A DNA stretch of 64,000 nucleotides from an uncultured bacterium (GTDB taxonomy: Bacteria; UBP4; UBA4092), in the NCBI GenBank assembly GCA_964644695.1, contig CAZXWN010000001.1, positions 368,869 to 432,868 of the forward strand, written 5' to 3'. Of this stretch, positions 1 through 11,266 are shown piece after piece. The notes beneath the pieces were generated by a model. That model was not told the origin of the DNA. It did no database searches and saw only the letters and a list, made by a program, of their open reading frames with translations. The translations under genes and the position numbers were made by a program. Each line of letters opens with the position of its first letter. The stretch's first letter is position 1.

Positions 1-286
1 TGATAGTGGGATATTTAATTTATGGTTTTCTGAACTTAAGTCCCTTTTTAACGTGTCAGAGAATGATTTGAATGGATGGAAATTGTCTTGTGGGATGAAT
101 TCCTCTCCAATCTACAAGACCGGTTACTTGGATAATATTAGTTTTGACCCCCATATGGTTTCAGGATTAAGCATGACTGGAATGATGTTTAATTATCCAG
201 AGCGTTCATTAAATGAAGCAGTGAAACAAGCTAACAAATTGTCCTGTCACATTGTAAATAATGGCCAATTTTTTACTGTAGATTAA
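1..286 (+). CDS. 3' end of a probable FAD-dependent oxidoreductase (partial)
   Basis: Frame open from base 2 to stop at 286; C-terminal LSMTGMMFNYPERSLNEAV resembles the end of amine-oxidase/protoporphyrinogen-oxidase-like flavoproteins. Confidence 0.4.
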   Translation, partial: DSGIFNLWFSELKSLFNVSENDLNGWKLSCGMNSSPIYKTGYLDNISFDPHMVSGLSMTGMMFNYPERSLNEAVKQANKLSCHIVNNGQFFTVD

Positions 287-376
287 ATTATAGTTGCATT
301 TAGTACAAGATGAACTAAAATGAAGTTAAACAGGTGAATAAATGTATATGCCAATCGTTAGAATTGAGGGTATAAA

Positions 377-1747
377 ATGTTGACACTTAATGAGCGCACG
401 AATCATCCCTCACCCAAGGGTGTTATTTTACTTGTAGTAATGATTGTTACTTTAATTTTAGCCATAGTAGCAACCACTTTGTTAGGAATGGGATTGTTCT
501 CATTACAGCAAGCCACCTTTTATCAGGATTATAATCAAGCCTTGTACACCGCCGAATCTGGTCTAAACTATGCAATAGCGCATGGACTGTCTTCTGGATT
601 AACCAGCTCCACAACTGGAACAATCAATAATGCATCTTTTTATGTGATTTCCAGCACAATAAGTGGGGATACTATTAGATTAATGTCTACAGCCACGGTG
701 TACAGGCTAACCAGCAGGGTTAGAGCTGTTTCTGTAGATGTTTCCACCAGAGATCCATGGAAACATATGATTTGGCAAGCAAATAGTGATCAACCTGCAG
801 GGAAAGATCCTACCAAATATCCCAATGGTTATAATTCAACATCAAATGGTCCTGAATTTGGTGAAGGTAAAATAGGGATTATTTCTTATTCGACTCCAGG
901 ATGGCCCTACGGGGGAAAGAAATTTGAACCCTATTGGGAGCGGATATTGGATGAAACGATTCCAAATGCTGTTTACATTGGACGAGATACGACCATAATC
1001 AACTGGAGACACTCTTCTTCAGGAAGTGTTCATCAATGGAAAGGTCCAGGAAATACTTTACCGACTTGGTTCTCGAGTTCCGTAAGAGGATTATCGGTCA
1101 CTGTTACTAATCCAAGTACATACAATGTGTATGGGGCGTATACTGGATTGCTTTATATTCAAGGCACAATGAATATTACAAGTGGTAGCGGTTTATTTGT
1201 ATATGGACAAGTTTATGTTGTTAATGGAAATATAAATATAGATAAAACATTGATGACTGTATTCAAGATTACCACCCAAAGCCCTGCTAGTTCAGTCGTG
1301 TCTCCTACCGATACCGAAGGGGTTCCTTATACTAAATATTTAACGATTGCATGTCTTGACCCTTATGCCCCAACCACTATTGACCCCAACTTAAATACCA
1401 GTAGTTTAAATCAGAATGCAGGCGTGATTAATGTTCCAGCGGGAAACAGTGGGATAAAAATGGGACAGATTGGATCTACCGGCATACCTGACTATCCCGG
1501 AGGAGCGATGTATATCTCCAATATCAGTAAGAAAAATGGTAATGGCGTTATGATATACGGTTCCGTCATGCAATTGGCTAATGACATTAATGGTTGGCCT
1601 GCTGGAAATAAAACTAATTGTGGTTGGAAATATGATCCATCTGTTTCGGCCAACTCTCCAATTTTCGGTGTGGATGTGTCATTCCTGACAGATAAAAATG
1701 TTTTACCCAAGACTTGGAGAGAATTACCTGTGAGCTGGTCATTATGA
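377..1747 (+). CDS. PilX/GspK-like minor pilin with large C-terminal domain
   Basis: KG|VILLVVM hydrophobic N-terminus without Glu5, followed by QALYTAESGLNYA (PilX N-terminal signature). Confidence 0.75.
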   Translation: MLTLNERTNHPSPKGVILLVVMIVTLILAIVATTLLGMGLFSLQQATFYQDYNQALYTAESGLNYAIAHGLSSGLTSSTTGTINNASFYVISSTISGDTIRLMSTATVYRLTSRVRAVSVDVSTRDPWKHMIWQANSDQPAGKDPTKYPNGYNSTSNGPEFGEGKIGIISYSTPGWPYGGKKFEPYWERILDETIPNAVYIGRDTTIINWRHSSSGSVHQWKGPGNTLPTWFSSSVRGLSVTVTNPSTYNVYGAYTGLLYIQGTMNITSGSGLFVYGQVYVVNGNINIDKTLMTVFKITTQSPASSVVSPTDTEGVPYTKYLTIACLDPYAPTTIDPNLNTSSLNQNAGVINVPAGNSGIKMGQIGSTGIPDYPGGAMYISNISKKNGNGVMIYGSVMQLANDINGWPAGNKTNCGWKYDPSVSANSPIFGVDVSFLTDKNVLPKTWRELPVSWSL

Positions 1748-2235
1748 TGAAGAAAACATTAAAAAATATCCATGGCTTCACACTGCCTGAAATAGTCATT
1801 GGTGCCTTTATTCTTAGTATTGCGGTATTGGCGATATTTGGTTCAATTCTATGGGGGAAGTATAACGCGACCCGCGCTCAATACCTTGTTGCCGCGTCTG
1901 CTGTAGGAAGAAACCAGGTGGAGATTATAAAGTCTCTGGGTTACTTCAATGCCACAGATTCTACATACAATTTACTGGGTATCAGTAGTACGATGTTTAA
2001 TAAATCCATGGGTATGGGCGGAACATTTAAGAGGACAAATCTATACAGTATAGATACTAATTATGATGTAGAAGCATATTATGTTGATGATTCATCCGCC
2101 GGAGCAAGCAGAGTTATTCGAGTCTTTACGGTGGATGTTTATTTACATCCACAAATAGCTGCGGATACAGCAAAAAATCCTTTTAATAATCCATTAGTGA
2201 GTTATGTTACCTACTTAACACCTGGGGGAATCTAG
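1744..2235 (+). CDS. Prepilin (PilV/GspI-like minor pilin)
   Basis: HG|FTLPEIVI class III signal; ATG at 1744 overlaps upstream TGA. Confidence 0.8.
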   Translation: MMKKTLKNIHGFTLPEIVIGAFILSIAVLAIFGSILWGKYNATRAQYLVAASAVGRNQVEIIKSLGYFNATDSTYNLLGISSTMFNKSMGMGGTFKRTNLYSIDTNYDVEAYYVDDSSAGASRVIRVFTVDVYLHPQIAADTAKNPFNNPLVSYVTYLTPGGI

Positions 2236-2236
2236 A

Positions 2237-2776
2237 GTGAATCTTAAATCAAATAAAGGTTTAACTTTCGTGGAAATGGTGGTTGTTGCCTCTATATTTC
2301 TTCTGGTGATGATACCTGTATTGTCTATTTATTATCAATCCATTACAAATCTTTACACCACAGAAAAACTCACTGATTCACAAAAACAGGGTCAGAATGC
2401 TTTATTTTTTGTAACTCAAGACTTGGCAGGTACTGTTGATTTTCTTTCAATAGGGTCTACTGGATGTATCGTCAATACATATAAGGCAACAACGGTAGGT
2501 TATTATTTTAAAGCCTCGGACAGTACACTACGTCGTGTATATGGAACTTCCTTTACTGGCGGGGAAATCAAGGCCAGAAACTTAACGGGTTTTAAGATGA
2601 CCTATTTTACGGATACAACATATGAGACGACATTGGATAGTAATTTAGTGAATGGTGTCCGTTGTGATATTACAATCAATATTCCTGCCAGCAGTCTAAC
2701 CAATCCAAGTGCTTTGGATACCAGCGGGTATTTCCTTTCTTCTTACATCTGGTGTCGGAATCGAACCACAAACTAG
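2237..2776 (+). CDS. Prepilin (PilW/GspJ-like minor pilin)
   Basis: KG|LTFVEMVV class III signal. Confidence 0.8.
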   Translation: MNLKSNKGLTFVEMVVVASIFLLVMIPVLSIYYQSITNLYTTEKLTDSQKQGQNALFFVTQDLAGTVDFLSIGSTGCIVNTYKATTVGYYFKASDSTLRRVYGTSFTGGEIKARNLTGFKMTYFTDTTYETTLDSNLVNGVRCDITINIPASSLTNPSALDTSGYFLSSYIWCRNRTTN

Positions 2777-2870
2777 TACATCATAATACTTTCTCACCTA
2801 TTGATAACTTTGCGATAAAATGCAAACGTAATATCACTTTTTATTATATTTAATTATTTGGAGGCTACGG

Positions 2871-3836
2871 ATGGGCTCGTATGTTATCAGGCATTTTGAA
2901 AGCAAGGATTTTATGCCGATGTTGGAGTTATGGAATACCTGTGTTCCCGCGGATGGAATTAATCAGGACTTATTTGAACGAAAGGTGATACTTGATCCTA
3001 ACTTTGATCCAGAAGGATTGATTATTGCGGAATCTGAGGGTAAACTCGTTGGGTTTATCCTGGGAATTATCCGAAAAGTACCGATGGAGATCATTGGACT
3101 GCAGGAAGACTTGGGTTGGATCACGATGTTTGGGGTCAAGTCTGAATACAGAGGGCAGGGGATTGGAAAGGCCCTTTGGGGTAAATCGAATGAATTCTTT
3201 CGGAAACATCATCGTAAACTCATCTCAATAGCTACATATTCACCCAATTACTTTATTCCAGGAATTGATATTAAGGAATATCCGGATGCGGTTAAATTTT
3301 GTGAAAAATTAGGCTTCGTTGCTGGGGCCAGGCCATTGTCCATGGATAATCCCATTGTTACGTATAAAATTCCTGAATCCCTTGCTTTAAAAGAAATACA
3401 GTTAAACAAAGAAGGGATAACATTTCGACAGTATAGCCGTGAACTAATCATGCCTATGTTGGATTTCATGAAAAATCATATGCCTGGAGACTGGCTAAAG
3501 GGAATCAGAGATAATCTAACCTTATTAACGATAAATAAATTCAAAGAAGAACAAATACAAGTTGCGTTGGAAGGTGATCAGATAATTGGTTATGCCCAAT
3601 ATGAAGAAGATCACTTTGGTCCATTTGGGGTAAGGGATGATTATCAGGGCAGGGGTATTGGGCAGGTTCTGTTGGCCAGAACAATCCAATCCATGCATAA
3701 CCGTGGACATCATGTAGCCTGGTTCCTTTGGACGGATGACAAAGCGGCTCATGTCTATCAGAAGGTTGGATTTAAGGAAACACGGCGTTTTGTTGTTATG
3801 AAAAAAGAACTGAAATACGAAGAAGGAGCTGAATAA
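2871..3836 (+). CDS. Tandem-domain GNAT N-acetyltransferase
   Basis: Two acetyl-CoA motif A copies: VKSEYRGQGIGKAL and VRDDYQGRGIGQVL; GGAGG RBS. Confidence 0.85.
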   Translation: MGSYVIRHFESKDFMPMLELWNTCVPADGINQDLFERKVILDPNFDPEGLIIAESEGKLVGFILGIIRKVPMEIIGLQEDLGWITMFGVKSEYRGQGIGKALWGKSNEFFRKHHRKLISIATYSPNYFIPGIDIKEYPDAVKFCEKLGFVAGARPLSMDNPIVTYKIPESLALKEIQLNKEGITFRQYSRELIMPMLDFMKNHMPGDWLKGIRDNLTLLTINKFKEEQIQVALEGDQIIGYAQYEEDHFGPFGVRDDYQGRGIGQVLLARTIQSMHNRGHHVAWFLWTDDKAAHVYQKVGFKETRRFVVMKKELKYEEGAE

Positions 3837-4529
3837 ATGGGACATATTCTGGCTATCGGTGGACATTGCGGGGATATGGAATTTACCTGTGGAGCCATCC
3901 TATTAAAACATGCGAAGGCAGGACATCAAATCACATTGTTGCATTTAACACCGGGAGAAAAAGGGCACCCTACATTATCTCCTGAGGAATATGCGATTCA
4001 GAAACGAGTAGAAGCTGATAATGCAGCAAAAGCATTGGGAGGTAAAGCCCTATATCTTCCATATGGGGATGGTGAGCTGCCCGTAAATGATGAAGTTAAA
4101 TATCAAGTAGCTGACATAATAAGAGAAATTAAACCAACAACAATCATTACTCACTGGAAAAACAGTATGCATAAAGACCATGCGAATACGCATCTGATTG
4201 TAAAAGATGCGGTGTTCTATGCCGCTATTCCTGGGATTAAAAGAGCATTACCTCATCATGGTGTAAAAGCTATTTATTATGCCGAGAATTGGGAAGATCC
4301 TGTTGATTTTCAGCCCTATGTCTATGTTGATGTATCAGATGTTTTTGAGGAATGGGTAGAAGCTGCTTGTCATCATAAACTATTTGCGGGAGGAGTGAGT
4401 AAGTTCCCGTTCAAGGATTATTACAAATCTCTGGCCGTTATCAGAGGTAGTCAAATAGGTGTTAAATATGCGGTTGCCATGGATATTGAATCCATGGGTA
4501 AGAAGAAAATAATGGATTTTCTTCCATAA
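3837..4529 (+). CDS. PIG-L/LmbE-family deacetylase
   Basis: GGHCGDME, LTPGEKG, PTTIITHW...HKDH motifs. Confidence 0.8.
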   Translation: MGHILAIGGHCGDMEFTCGAILLKHAKAGHQITLLHLTPGEKGHPTLSPEEYAIQKRVEADNAAKALGGKALYLPYGDGELPVNDEVKYQVADIIREIKPTTIITHWKNSMHKDHANTHLIVKDAVFYAAIPGIKRALPHHGVKAIYYAENWEDPVDFQPYVYVDVSDVFEEWVEAACHHKLFAGGVSKFPFKDYYKSLAVIRGSQIGVKYAVAMDIESMGKKKIMDFLP

Positions 4530-4558
4530 TAAGCAAATTGTTTTCCTTGCATCGAAGC

Positions 4559-4596
4559 ATCCACGGAGTTGTTCCGAACAGCTCCGTGGATATTTT
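4559..4596 (+). terminator. Probable intrinsic terminator after the deacetylase
   Basis: 15-bp stem atccacggagttgtt/aacagctccgtggat (one G-U), short T run. Confidence 0.6.
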
Positions 4597-4686
4597 GTCA
4601 GTTCTCCCGGTGCAGATAGATTATAAATATATGCATTTGAATGTCTTATGACTGGAAACAAATGAGGTAAATATTGGAAGTGTCAT

Positions 4687-5798
<1,112 letters not shown>

Positions 5799-5816
5799 TT
5801 TAAGGAAAACTATACA

Positions 5817-6584
5817 ATGCGTAAAAAAATCATTGCCGGTAACTGGAAAATGAATAAAACTCCCAGTGAAGCAGCTGTTTTAGCTGAAGCATTGGTCAAA
5901 TCCGTTGGAACTGAGACGGATTGTGATGTTTTACTCTGTCCTCCATTTACTGCCTTAACAACAGTGGCCAATGTCATCAAAGGCTCCAATATCAAGTTAG
6001 GTGCACAGAATATGTACTTCGAAGCATCTGGTGCCTATACAGGTGAAATTTCAGCTCAAATGTTGCTGGATGCGGGTTGCACCTATGTTATTCTCGGTCA
6101 TTCTGAACGACGTGCGATATTCGGTGAAACCAATGAAATGGTCAATAAGAAAACCAAAGTTGCCCATCAAAATGGTTTAATTCCTATCGTTTGTGTTGGT
6201 GAAACCTGGGAACAGCGTGAAGCTGGCAATACACAGGCTGTTATTGGTGAACAAGTGGTGAAAGGTCTTGAAGGTCTTTCCAACGATGAGTTGAAGAAGA
6301 CCATCATTGCTTATGAACCAGTATGGGCTATTGGCGTCGGTAAGACTCCTGCCACTCGTGAACAAGCCAACGAAGTCCATGTATTCATTCGTGGTCTGTT
6401 GACCGAAAAATATGGATCTGATGTAGCTGAAGCTATCCGGATTCAATATGGTGGAAATGTCAGCGATAAGAATGTGGATGAATTAATGCCTATCAAAGAT
6501 ATCGACGGTGGTTTAGTTGGTGGTGCTTCTTTGAAAGCAGATATCTTCACAATTCTTGTTAAGTCTGCCGCCAAAGTTAAATAA
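5817..6584 (+). CDS. tpiA: Triosephosphate isomerase
   Basis: AGNWKMN, GHSERR, AYEPVWAIG, LVGGASL. Confidence 0.97.
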   Translation: MRKKIIAGNWKMNKTPSEAAVLAEALVKSVGTETDCDVLLCPPFTALTTVANVIKGSNIKLGAQNMYFEASGAYTGEISAQMLLDAGCTYVILGHSERRAIFGETNEMVNKKTKVAHQNGLIPIVCVGETWEQREAGNTQAVIGEQVVKGLEGLSNDELKKTIIAYEPVWAIGVGKTPATREQANEVHVFIRGLLTEKYGSDVAEAIRIQYGGNVSDKNVDELMPIKDIDGGLVGGASLKADIFTILVKSAAKVK

Positions 6585-6635
6585 GCGTGTATTCATGGGA
6601 TTGTTATCCCTTGGATAATTGAAAAGTGTTATACT

Positions 6636-6671
6636 AAACTTCCCACTGTTAACTACAGTGGGAAGTTTTTT
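6636..6671 (+). terminator. Intrinsic terminator between tpiA and pfkA
   Basis: aaacttcccactgt-taact-acagtgggaagttt stem with T tract. Confidence 0.7.
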
Positions 6672-6685
6672 ATGTGAGGATAAAT

Positions 6686-7648
6686 ATGAAAAGAATTGGG
6701 ATTTTAACCAGTGGTGGTGATGCTCCGGGGATGAATGCTGCAATTCGAGCAATCGTTCGTACTGCCATCAGTGAAGGTCTTGAAGTTTGTGGCATTATGC
6801 GTGGGTTTGAAGGATTAATTGAAGGTCAGATTATCCCCATGAATAATTCATCGGTCAGTGGCATACTAAATCATGGTGGAACCATTCTCAAAAGTGCCCG
6901 GTCTCAAAGATACAAGACCATTGAAGGTCAGAGAGAAGCTGTTGGACATCTCAGACAATACGGTATTGATGGTCTAATAACCATTGGAGGAAGTGGAACA
7001 TCTCATGGTGCCCATTGCCTGGCTGCTGAATGGGATTTTCCGGTAATTAATTGTCCTTCTACGATTGATAATGATGTGGCAGGCACTGATTTTACAATTG
7101 GTTTCTATACAGCCGTCACCACAGCCCTGGATGCGATTGATAAAATTAGGGACACAGCTACTGCGTATGACCGTGTTTTTGTTGTCGAAGTCATGGGACG
7201 AGATGCTGGACATTTGGCCCTTTACAGCGGTTTAGCCGGTGGTGCTGAATACATTTTAGTACCTGAAGTCACTACATCCATTGATTCAATTTGTGAAAGC
7301 CTTACCAAATCGAAATCCAGAGGAAAATTAAGTAATATTGTTATTGTGGCTGAAGGTGCCGGCGATTCAGCGGATATCGCGAAACAGATTAATGAAAAAA
7401 TTGGGTTTGAGACTCGCTATTTAGTTATTGGACACCTCCAGAGAGGCGGTCCTCCCAAAGCTTTTGATCGTATCCTTGCCAGTCAATTGGGAACTGCTGC
7501 TGTCAAAGCCCTACTATCAGGTAGGGCAGATATGATGGTGGGAATTGAGGCAGGAGAACTGACTTATCATCCAATTTCATACTCTTGGGAAAATAAGAAG
7601 CCAATTGACATGAACTTATACAAGATGGCTCAAATCCTATCCAGCTAG
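6686..7648 (+). CDS. pfkA: 6-phosphofructokinase (PfkA family)
   Basis: TSGGDAPGMN, TIDND, EVMGR, GHLQRGG. Confidence 0.92.
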   Translation: MKRIGILTSGGDAPGMNAAIRAIVRTAISEGLEVCGIMRGFEGLIEGQIIPMNNSSVSGILNHGGTILKSARSQRYKTIEGQREAVGHLRQYGIDGLITIGGSGTSHGAHCLAAEWDFPVINCPSTIDNDVAGTDFTIGFYTAVTTALDAIDKIRDTATAYDRVFVVEVMGRDAGHLALYSGLAGGAEYILVPEVTTSIDSICESLTKSKSRGKLSNIVIVAEGAGDSADIAKQINEKIGFETRYLVIGHLQRGGPPKAFDRILASQLGTAAVKALLSGRADMMVGIEAGELTYHPISYSWENKKPIDMNLYKMAQILSS

Positions 7649-7668
7649 TGTTTTATGGCAGGGTAAAG

Positions 7669-9747
7669 ATGAAACATAGACTCAAAAGCCAAATATTAAA
7701 AGCCTTACCCGATATTCTTATCTGGGTAGGCTTTTTTATATTTGGATGGTATGCCTTTCCTTTTCTCTTTTCTTCTGATCCTTTTCTTTTCGATGATCAT
7801 GGATTTCATTATGCGTCTCTTTTTTATACTTTGCAGCAGGGGATTTTTAATAATTTCAGTATTTTAAATTGGAACCCACACTGGTTTGCTGGAATTGTTG
7901 AACTGCAATTTTACCCTCCAGGCTTTGTATTTATTGGAGTTATAGTTAATTACTTAATGTTAGGTCTCATGTCGCCTGGAATGGTGTACAACATCGTTCT
8001 TATTATTGCCCTGTATTTACCTGCTTTAGCTGGATATTGTATTTTAAGACGTCATGGATTCGGATATTGGGCAGCAGGTATTAGTGGCTTTATACTTTTA
8101 ATGTATCCTCTGGGTACGAGTGGTGTTTTTTTTGGAATTATTGTGGGAATGATAAATTCTCGTATTGCGTTAGGCTTAGTATTAACGTCCCTCTATTTTT
8201 ACTTGGAATTAATCCACAATGACCAGTCAAAAATCATAAAGGTTTTATTATCTCTGACCATTGGTTTGCTCTGCATTACCCATCCATATCATATTTTTCT
8301 CCCATTCATTACCTTTATCGCATTACTTTATACCTATGCCCGATTGGGCTTGATTGATCCTTATCAGCGATTAAAATCAATTGGACCATATTATTTGATT
8401 GGAATTGCCATTGCTTCGTTCTGGTGGCTTCCATTACTGGCTTACTCTAATATGATGGCTCAGATGCAGGTATGGACGGCTGAACATTCATTCATACAGC
8501 TAGTGAAATCATTATCGGGCGGTGCTGCTGAGAAAGTATTCCTTATTTTCTTCTTAGTAATGATTGCATCAATAAACATCTATAAATTCAAAAAAGAACA
8601 AAAAGCTATCTTGGCAGGATTTACTTTGATCTCAATTCTGACATTAGTTTTGCTGTTCTTCATTCGGATTGTAATGATAGGACTGCTTAAAATACACCAT
8701 TGGGATCCGTGGCGATTAAAAGATGATTTCTATCTCATTGTTTTATTAAGCTTAGGAGTAGGGGTATCTCAGATACTTCTTTTGTCACAAGATTATCTGA
8801 AAACCAATTATCCCAAAAGAATAATTGGCTTGTTTCTTATGGGACTATTTTGTTTTTCATTGATTGCTATTTTCTACATTTGTAATTCATCATTTCATTT
8901 CAGAAATTATGGAACATTTGCCTCGCTTTCAAATACTAAAAAGAATCTTATCTTGGATGAACTATGGAGTGAATTGAAAACGGACAAAAATAATGGGCGC
9001 GTATTATTCACAGCATCGAATTGTCGATATGTAGGATTAAGTGACAAAACTAATAATCACGTTCTATCTTTAACACCTTTTTATACTGGGCGGGAAATAT
9101 TAGGTGCTGTTAATGAACCTTTTTTTGCAACCTCCAGCTTTTTTTACTTTGGGGTTTTGCCTCCAACCATTATCCAAAAAGAACCCGATTCAATATCCAA
9201 TGAATCTCTTTTAGGAATCAAGTGGAATCAGATGGATCCTGTTTTATTCAAGAAATACTGCAAGCGGTATAATGTATCCACATTGGTTGTATCTGAATGG
9301 GAATCAAATAGTTATGAATTCGTAAATACATCGCCTTTCTTATATCATCAACTCCAGATCGGACCATTTCATATCTTCCGGGTTACCAATTATGTATCAT
9401 CTTTTGCACAATCAAGTAATCCACAGTCAAGCATTTCAATAAAGAAAAATGATGATAAGAATATACTGATTTCTATAAAAAATGCCCATAAAGGTGATAC
9501 ATTGTTTATCAGCCAGGGATATTATCCTCGATGGAGTGCTTGGGATGGAAATAAGCAAGTTGATTTACATATGGATGATATGGGTCTCACGAAGCTTATT
9601 CTGTCACGGTCAGGAAACATCACAATTAATATGAAATATGGTTTTACATTGATTGAGTGGATAGGCCTATTGATTTCAGTAATGACATTTATCTATCTAG
9701 GATGTTTTTTAGTAGTAAATAAGAAACCGATGAAAAATATGAAATAA
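7669..9747 (+). CDS. Multi-pass membrane protein, probable GT-C/YfhO-like glycosyltransferase
   Basis: Many TM segments; DDHGFH, WNPHWFAG..LQFYPP, YYPRW motifs. Confidence 0.6.
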   Translation: MKHRLKSQILKALPDILIWVGFFIFGWYAFPFLFSSDPFLFDDHGFHYASLFYTLQQGIFNNFSILNWNPHWFAGIVELQFYPPGFVFIGVIVNYLMLGLMSPGMVYNIVLIIALYLPALAGYCILRRHGFGYWAAGISGFILLMYPLGTSGVFFGIIVGMINSRIALGLVLTSLYFYLELIHNDQSKIIKVLLSLTIGLLCITHPYHIFLPFITFIALLYTYARLGLIDPYQRLKSIGPYYLIGIAIASFWWLPLLAYSNMMAQMQVWTAEHSFIQLVKSLSGGAAEKVFLIFFLVMIASINIYKFKKEQKAILAGFTLISILTLVLLFFIRIVMIGLLKIHHWDPWRLKDDFYLIVLLSLGVGVSQILLLSQDYLKTNYPKRIIGLFLMGLFCFSLIAIFYICNSSFHFRNYGTFASLSNTKKNLILDELWSELKTDKNNGRVLFTASNCRYVGLSDKTNNHVLSLTPFYTGREILGAVNEPFFATSSFFYFGVLPPTIIQKEPDSISNESLLGIKWNQMDPVLFKKYCKRYNVSTLVVSEWESNSYEFVNTSPFLYHQLQIGPFHIFRVTNYVSSFAQSSNPQSSISIKKNDDKNILISIKNAHKGDTLFISQGYYPRWSAWDGNKQVDLHMDDMGLTKLILSRSGNITINMKYGFTLIEWIGLLISVMTFIYLGCFLVVNKKPMKNMK

Positions 9748-9799
9748 TCAATTTCACTATATAATAAATCAACTAAAAATATGATTTGAGGAGTCAAAT

Positions 9800-10354
9800 A
9801 TGAGTGTAAAGTCTGATAAGTGGATTAAGAAGATGTCTCTTGAAAATAAGATGATTGAACCTTTTGAAGATCGCCAGGTTCGTCAGGGAGTTATATCCTA
9901 TGGTGTTTCATCTTATGGTTATGATATGAGAGTTACCGATGAATTTAAGATATTTACCAATATAAATAATTCTATGGTTGATCCGAAATCTTTTGACCCG
10001 AAGTCTTTTGTTGATTTCCGTGGTGATGTTTGTATCATCCCTCCTAATTCATTTGCATTGGCAAGAAGTGTAGAATATTTTCGTATTCCAAGAAAAGTAA
10101 TCACGGTATGTGTTGGAAAATCAACATATGCTCGATGTGGCATCATCGTTAATGTGACCCCATTTGAACCCGAATGGGAAGGGTATGTTACTTTGGAAAT
10201 ATCCAATACGACTCCGTTGCCAGCGAAGATTTATGCTTTTGAAGGTATTGCTCAAGTCTTATTCTTCGAATCAGATGAAGATTGTGAAGTTTCCTATGCT
10301 GACAAAAAGGGTAAATATCAGACTCAAACAGAATTAACATTGCCCAAACTTTAA
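9800..10354 (+). CDS. dcd: dCTP deaminase
   Basis: [28 protein letters not shown]. Confidence 0.96.
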   Translation: MSVKSDKWIKKMSLENKMIEPFEDRQVRQGVISYGVSSYGYDMRVTDEFKIFTNINNSMVDPKSFDPKSFVDFRGDVCIIPPNSFALARSVEYFRIPRKVITVCVGKSTYARCGIIVNVTPFEPEWEGYVTLEISNTTPLPAKIYAFEGIAQVLFFESDEDCEVSYADKKGKYQTQTELTLPKL

Positions 10355-10363
10355 TTTTAAGTA

Positions 10364-11266
10364 ATGAGCATTCCCTTTGTATATGATCCGTATTATCGGC
10401 TGGACATTGGTAATCATGTGTTTCAAATCGCCAAGTACTTCAAGGTAATTGATCGTTTATTAATAAACGGTTATATTGAATCCGACCAAATTGTTCAGCC
10501 GATTACTATTTCTGAAGGTGATATTTTGCTTACCCACAAGGCAGAATATTGGGATGATTTAAAAAAATGTCATAGTACTTATCGTACTGAACGATCTGAA
10601 ATTCCTCTTAATGCTGAAATTATTCAATTCTTTATGTTGCAATGTGGTGGCACATTAGTAGCAAGCAGGAATGCTTTAAGAAAAGGTATATCGGTTCATA
10701 TTGGTGGAGGATTTCATCACAGTTATCCTGACCATGCCGAAGGATTTTGTTATCTAAACGATATAGCGATAGCTGTCAACATATTACTAAAAGATAATGA
10801 AATCAAAAAATGTATGGTAATTGATTTAGATGTGCATCAGGGAAATGGGGTATCGTATATTTTTAAAGATAATTCATCTGTATTCACATTATCGGTTCAT
10901 CAAAATGACCTGTATCCTGTAAAAGAACAAAGTACCCTTGATATTGGTTTAGAAGCAGGTTGTTCTGACCACGAATATCTAAGTGTTTTAGAAAATCAAA
11001 TAAAGCCTGCAATAACTAATTTTAAACCAGATTTGATTTTCTATATTGCAGGTGCAGATCCATACAAGAAGGATCAACTCGGTGGGTTATCCTTATCCAT
11101 AAAAGGTCTTAAAGAAAGAGATGAATATATCTATAGATATTGTGGAATGTTAAAAATTCCTATCGTAACGGTATTGGGTGGAGGATATGCATTAGATCCC
11201 GAAGATACAGTGTCAATTCATTTTAATACTTGCTGTTGTGCAATAGCTGCTGAAAAGTATTATTAG
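10364..11266 (+). CDS. Histone-deacetylase-family amidohydrolase
   Basis: GGGFHH, GFCYLND, DLDVHQGNG, AGADP, GGGY. Confidence 0.9.
   Translation: MSIPFVYDPYYRLDIGNHVFQIAKYFKVIDRLLINGYIESDQIVQPITISEGDILLTHKAEYWDDLKKCHSTYRTERSEIPLNAEIIQFFMLQCGGTLVASRNALRKGISVHIGGGFHHSYPDHAEGFCYLNDIAIAVNILLKDNEIKKCMVIDLDVHQGNGVSYIFKDNSSVFTLSVHQNDLYPVKEQSTLDIGLEAGCSDHEYLSVLENQIKPAITNFKPDLIFYIAGADPYKKDQLGGLSLSIKGLKERDEYIYRYCGMLKIPIVTVLGGGYALDPEDTVSIHFNTCCCAIAAEKYY

Noticed and set aside
4550-4591. Fifth copy of the palindrome family
   Set aside because: Shares only short words (catcgaa, ttgttc, cgaaca) in a different arrangement; treated as an ordinary terminator.
10364-11266. HDAC and O-GlcNAcase as eukaryote-derived chromatin or signalling genes
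   Set aside because: Both families are widespread in bacteria; the GH84 is secreted and the genes are unlinked.
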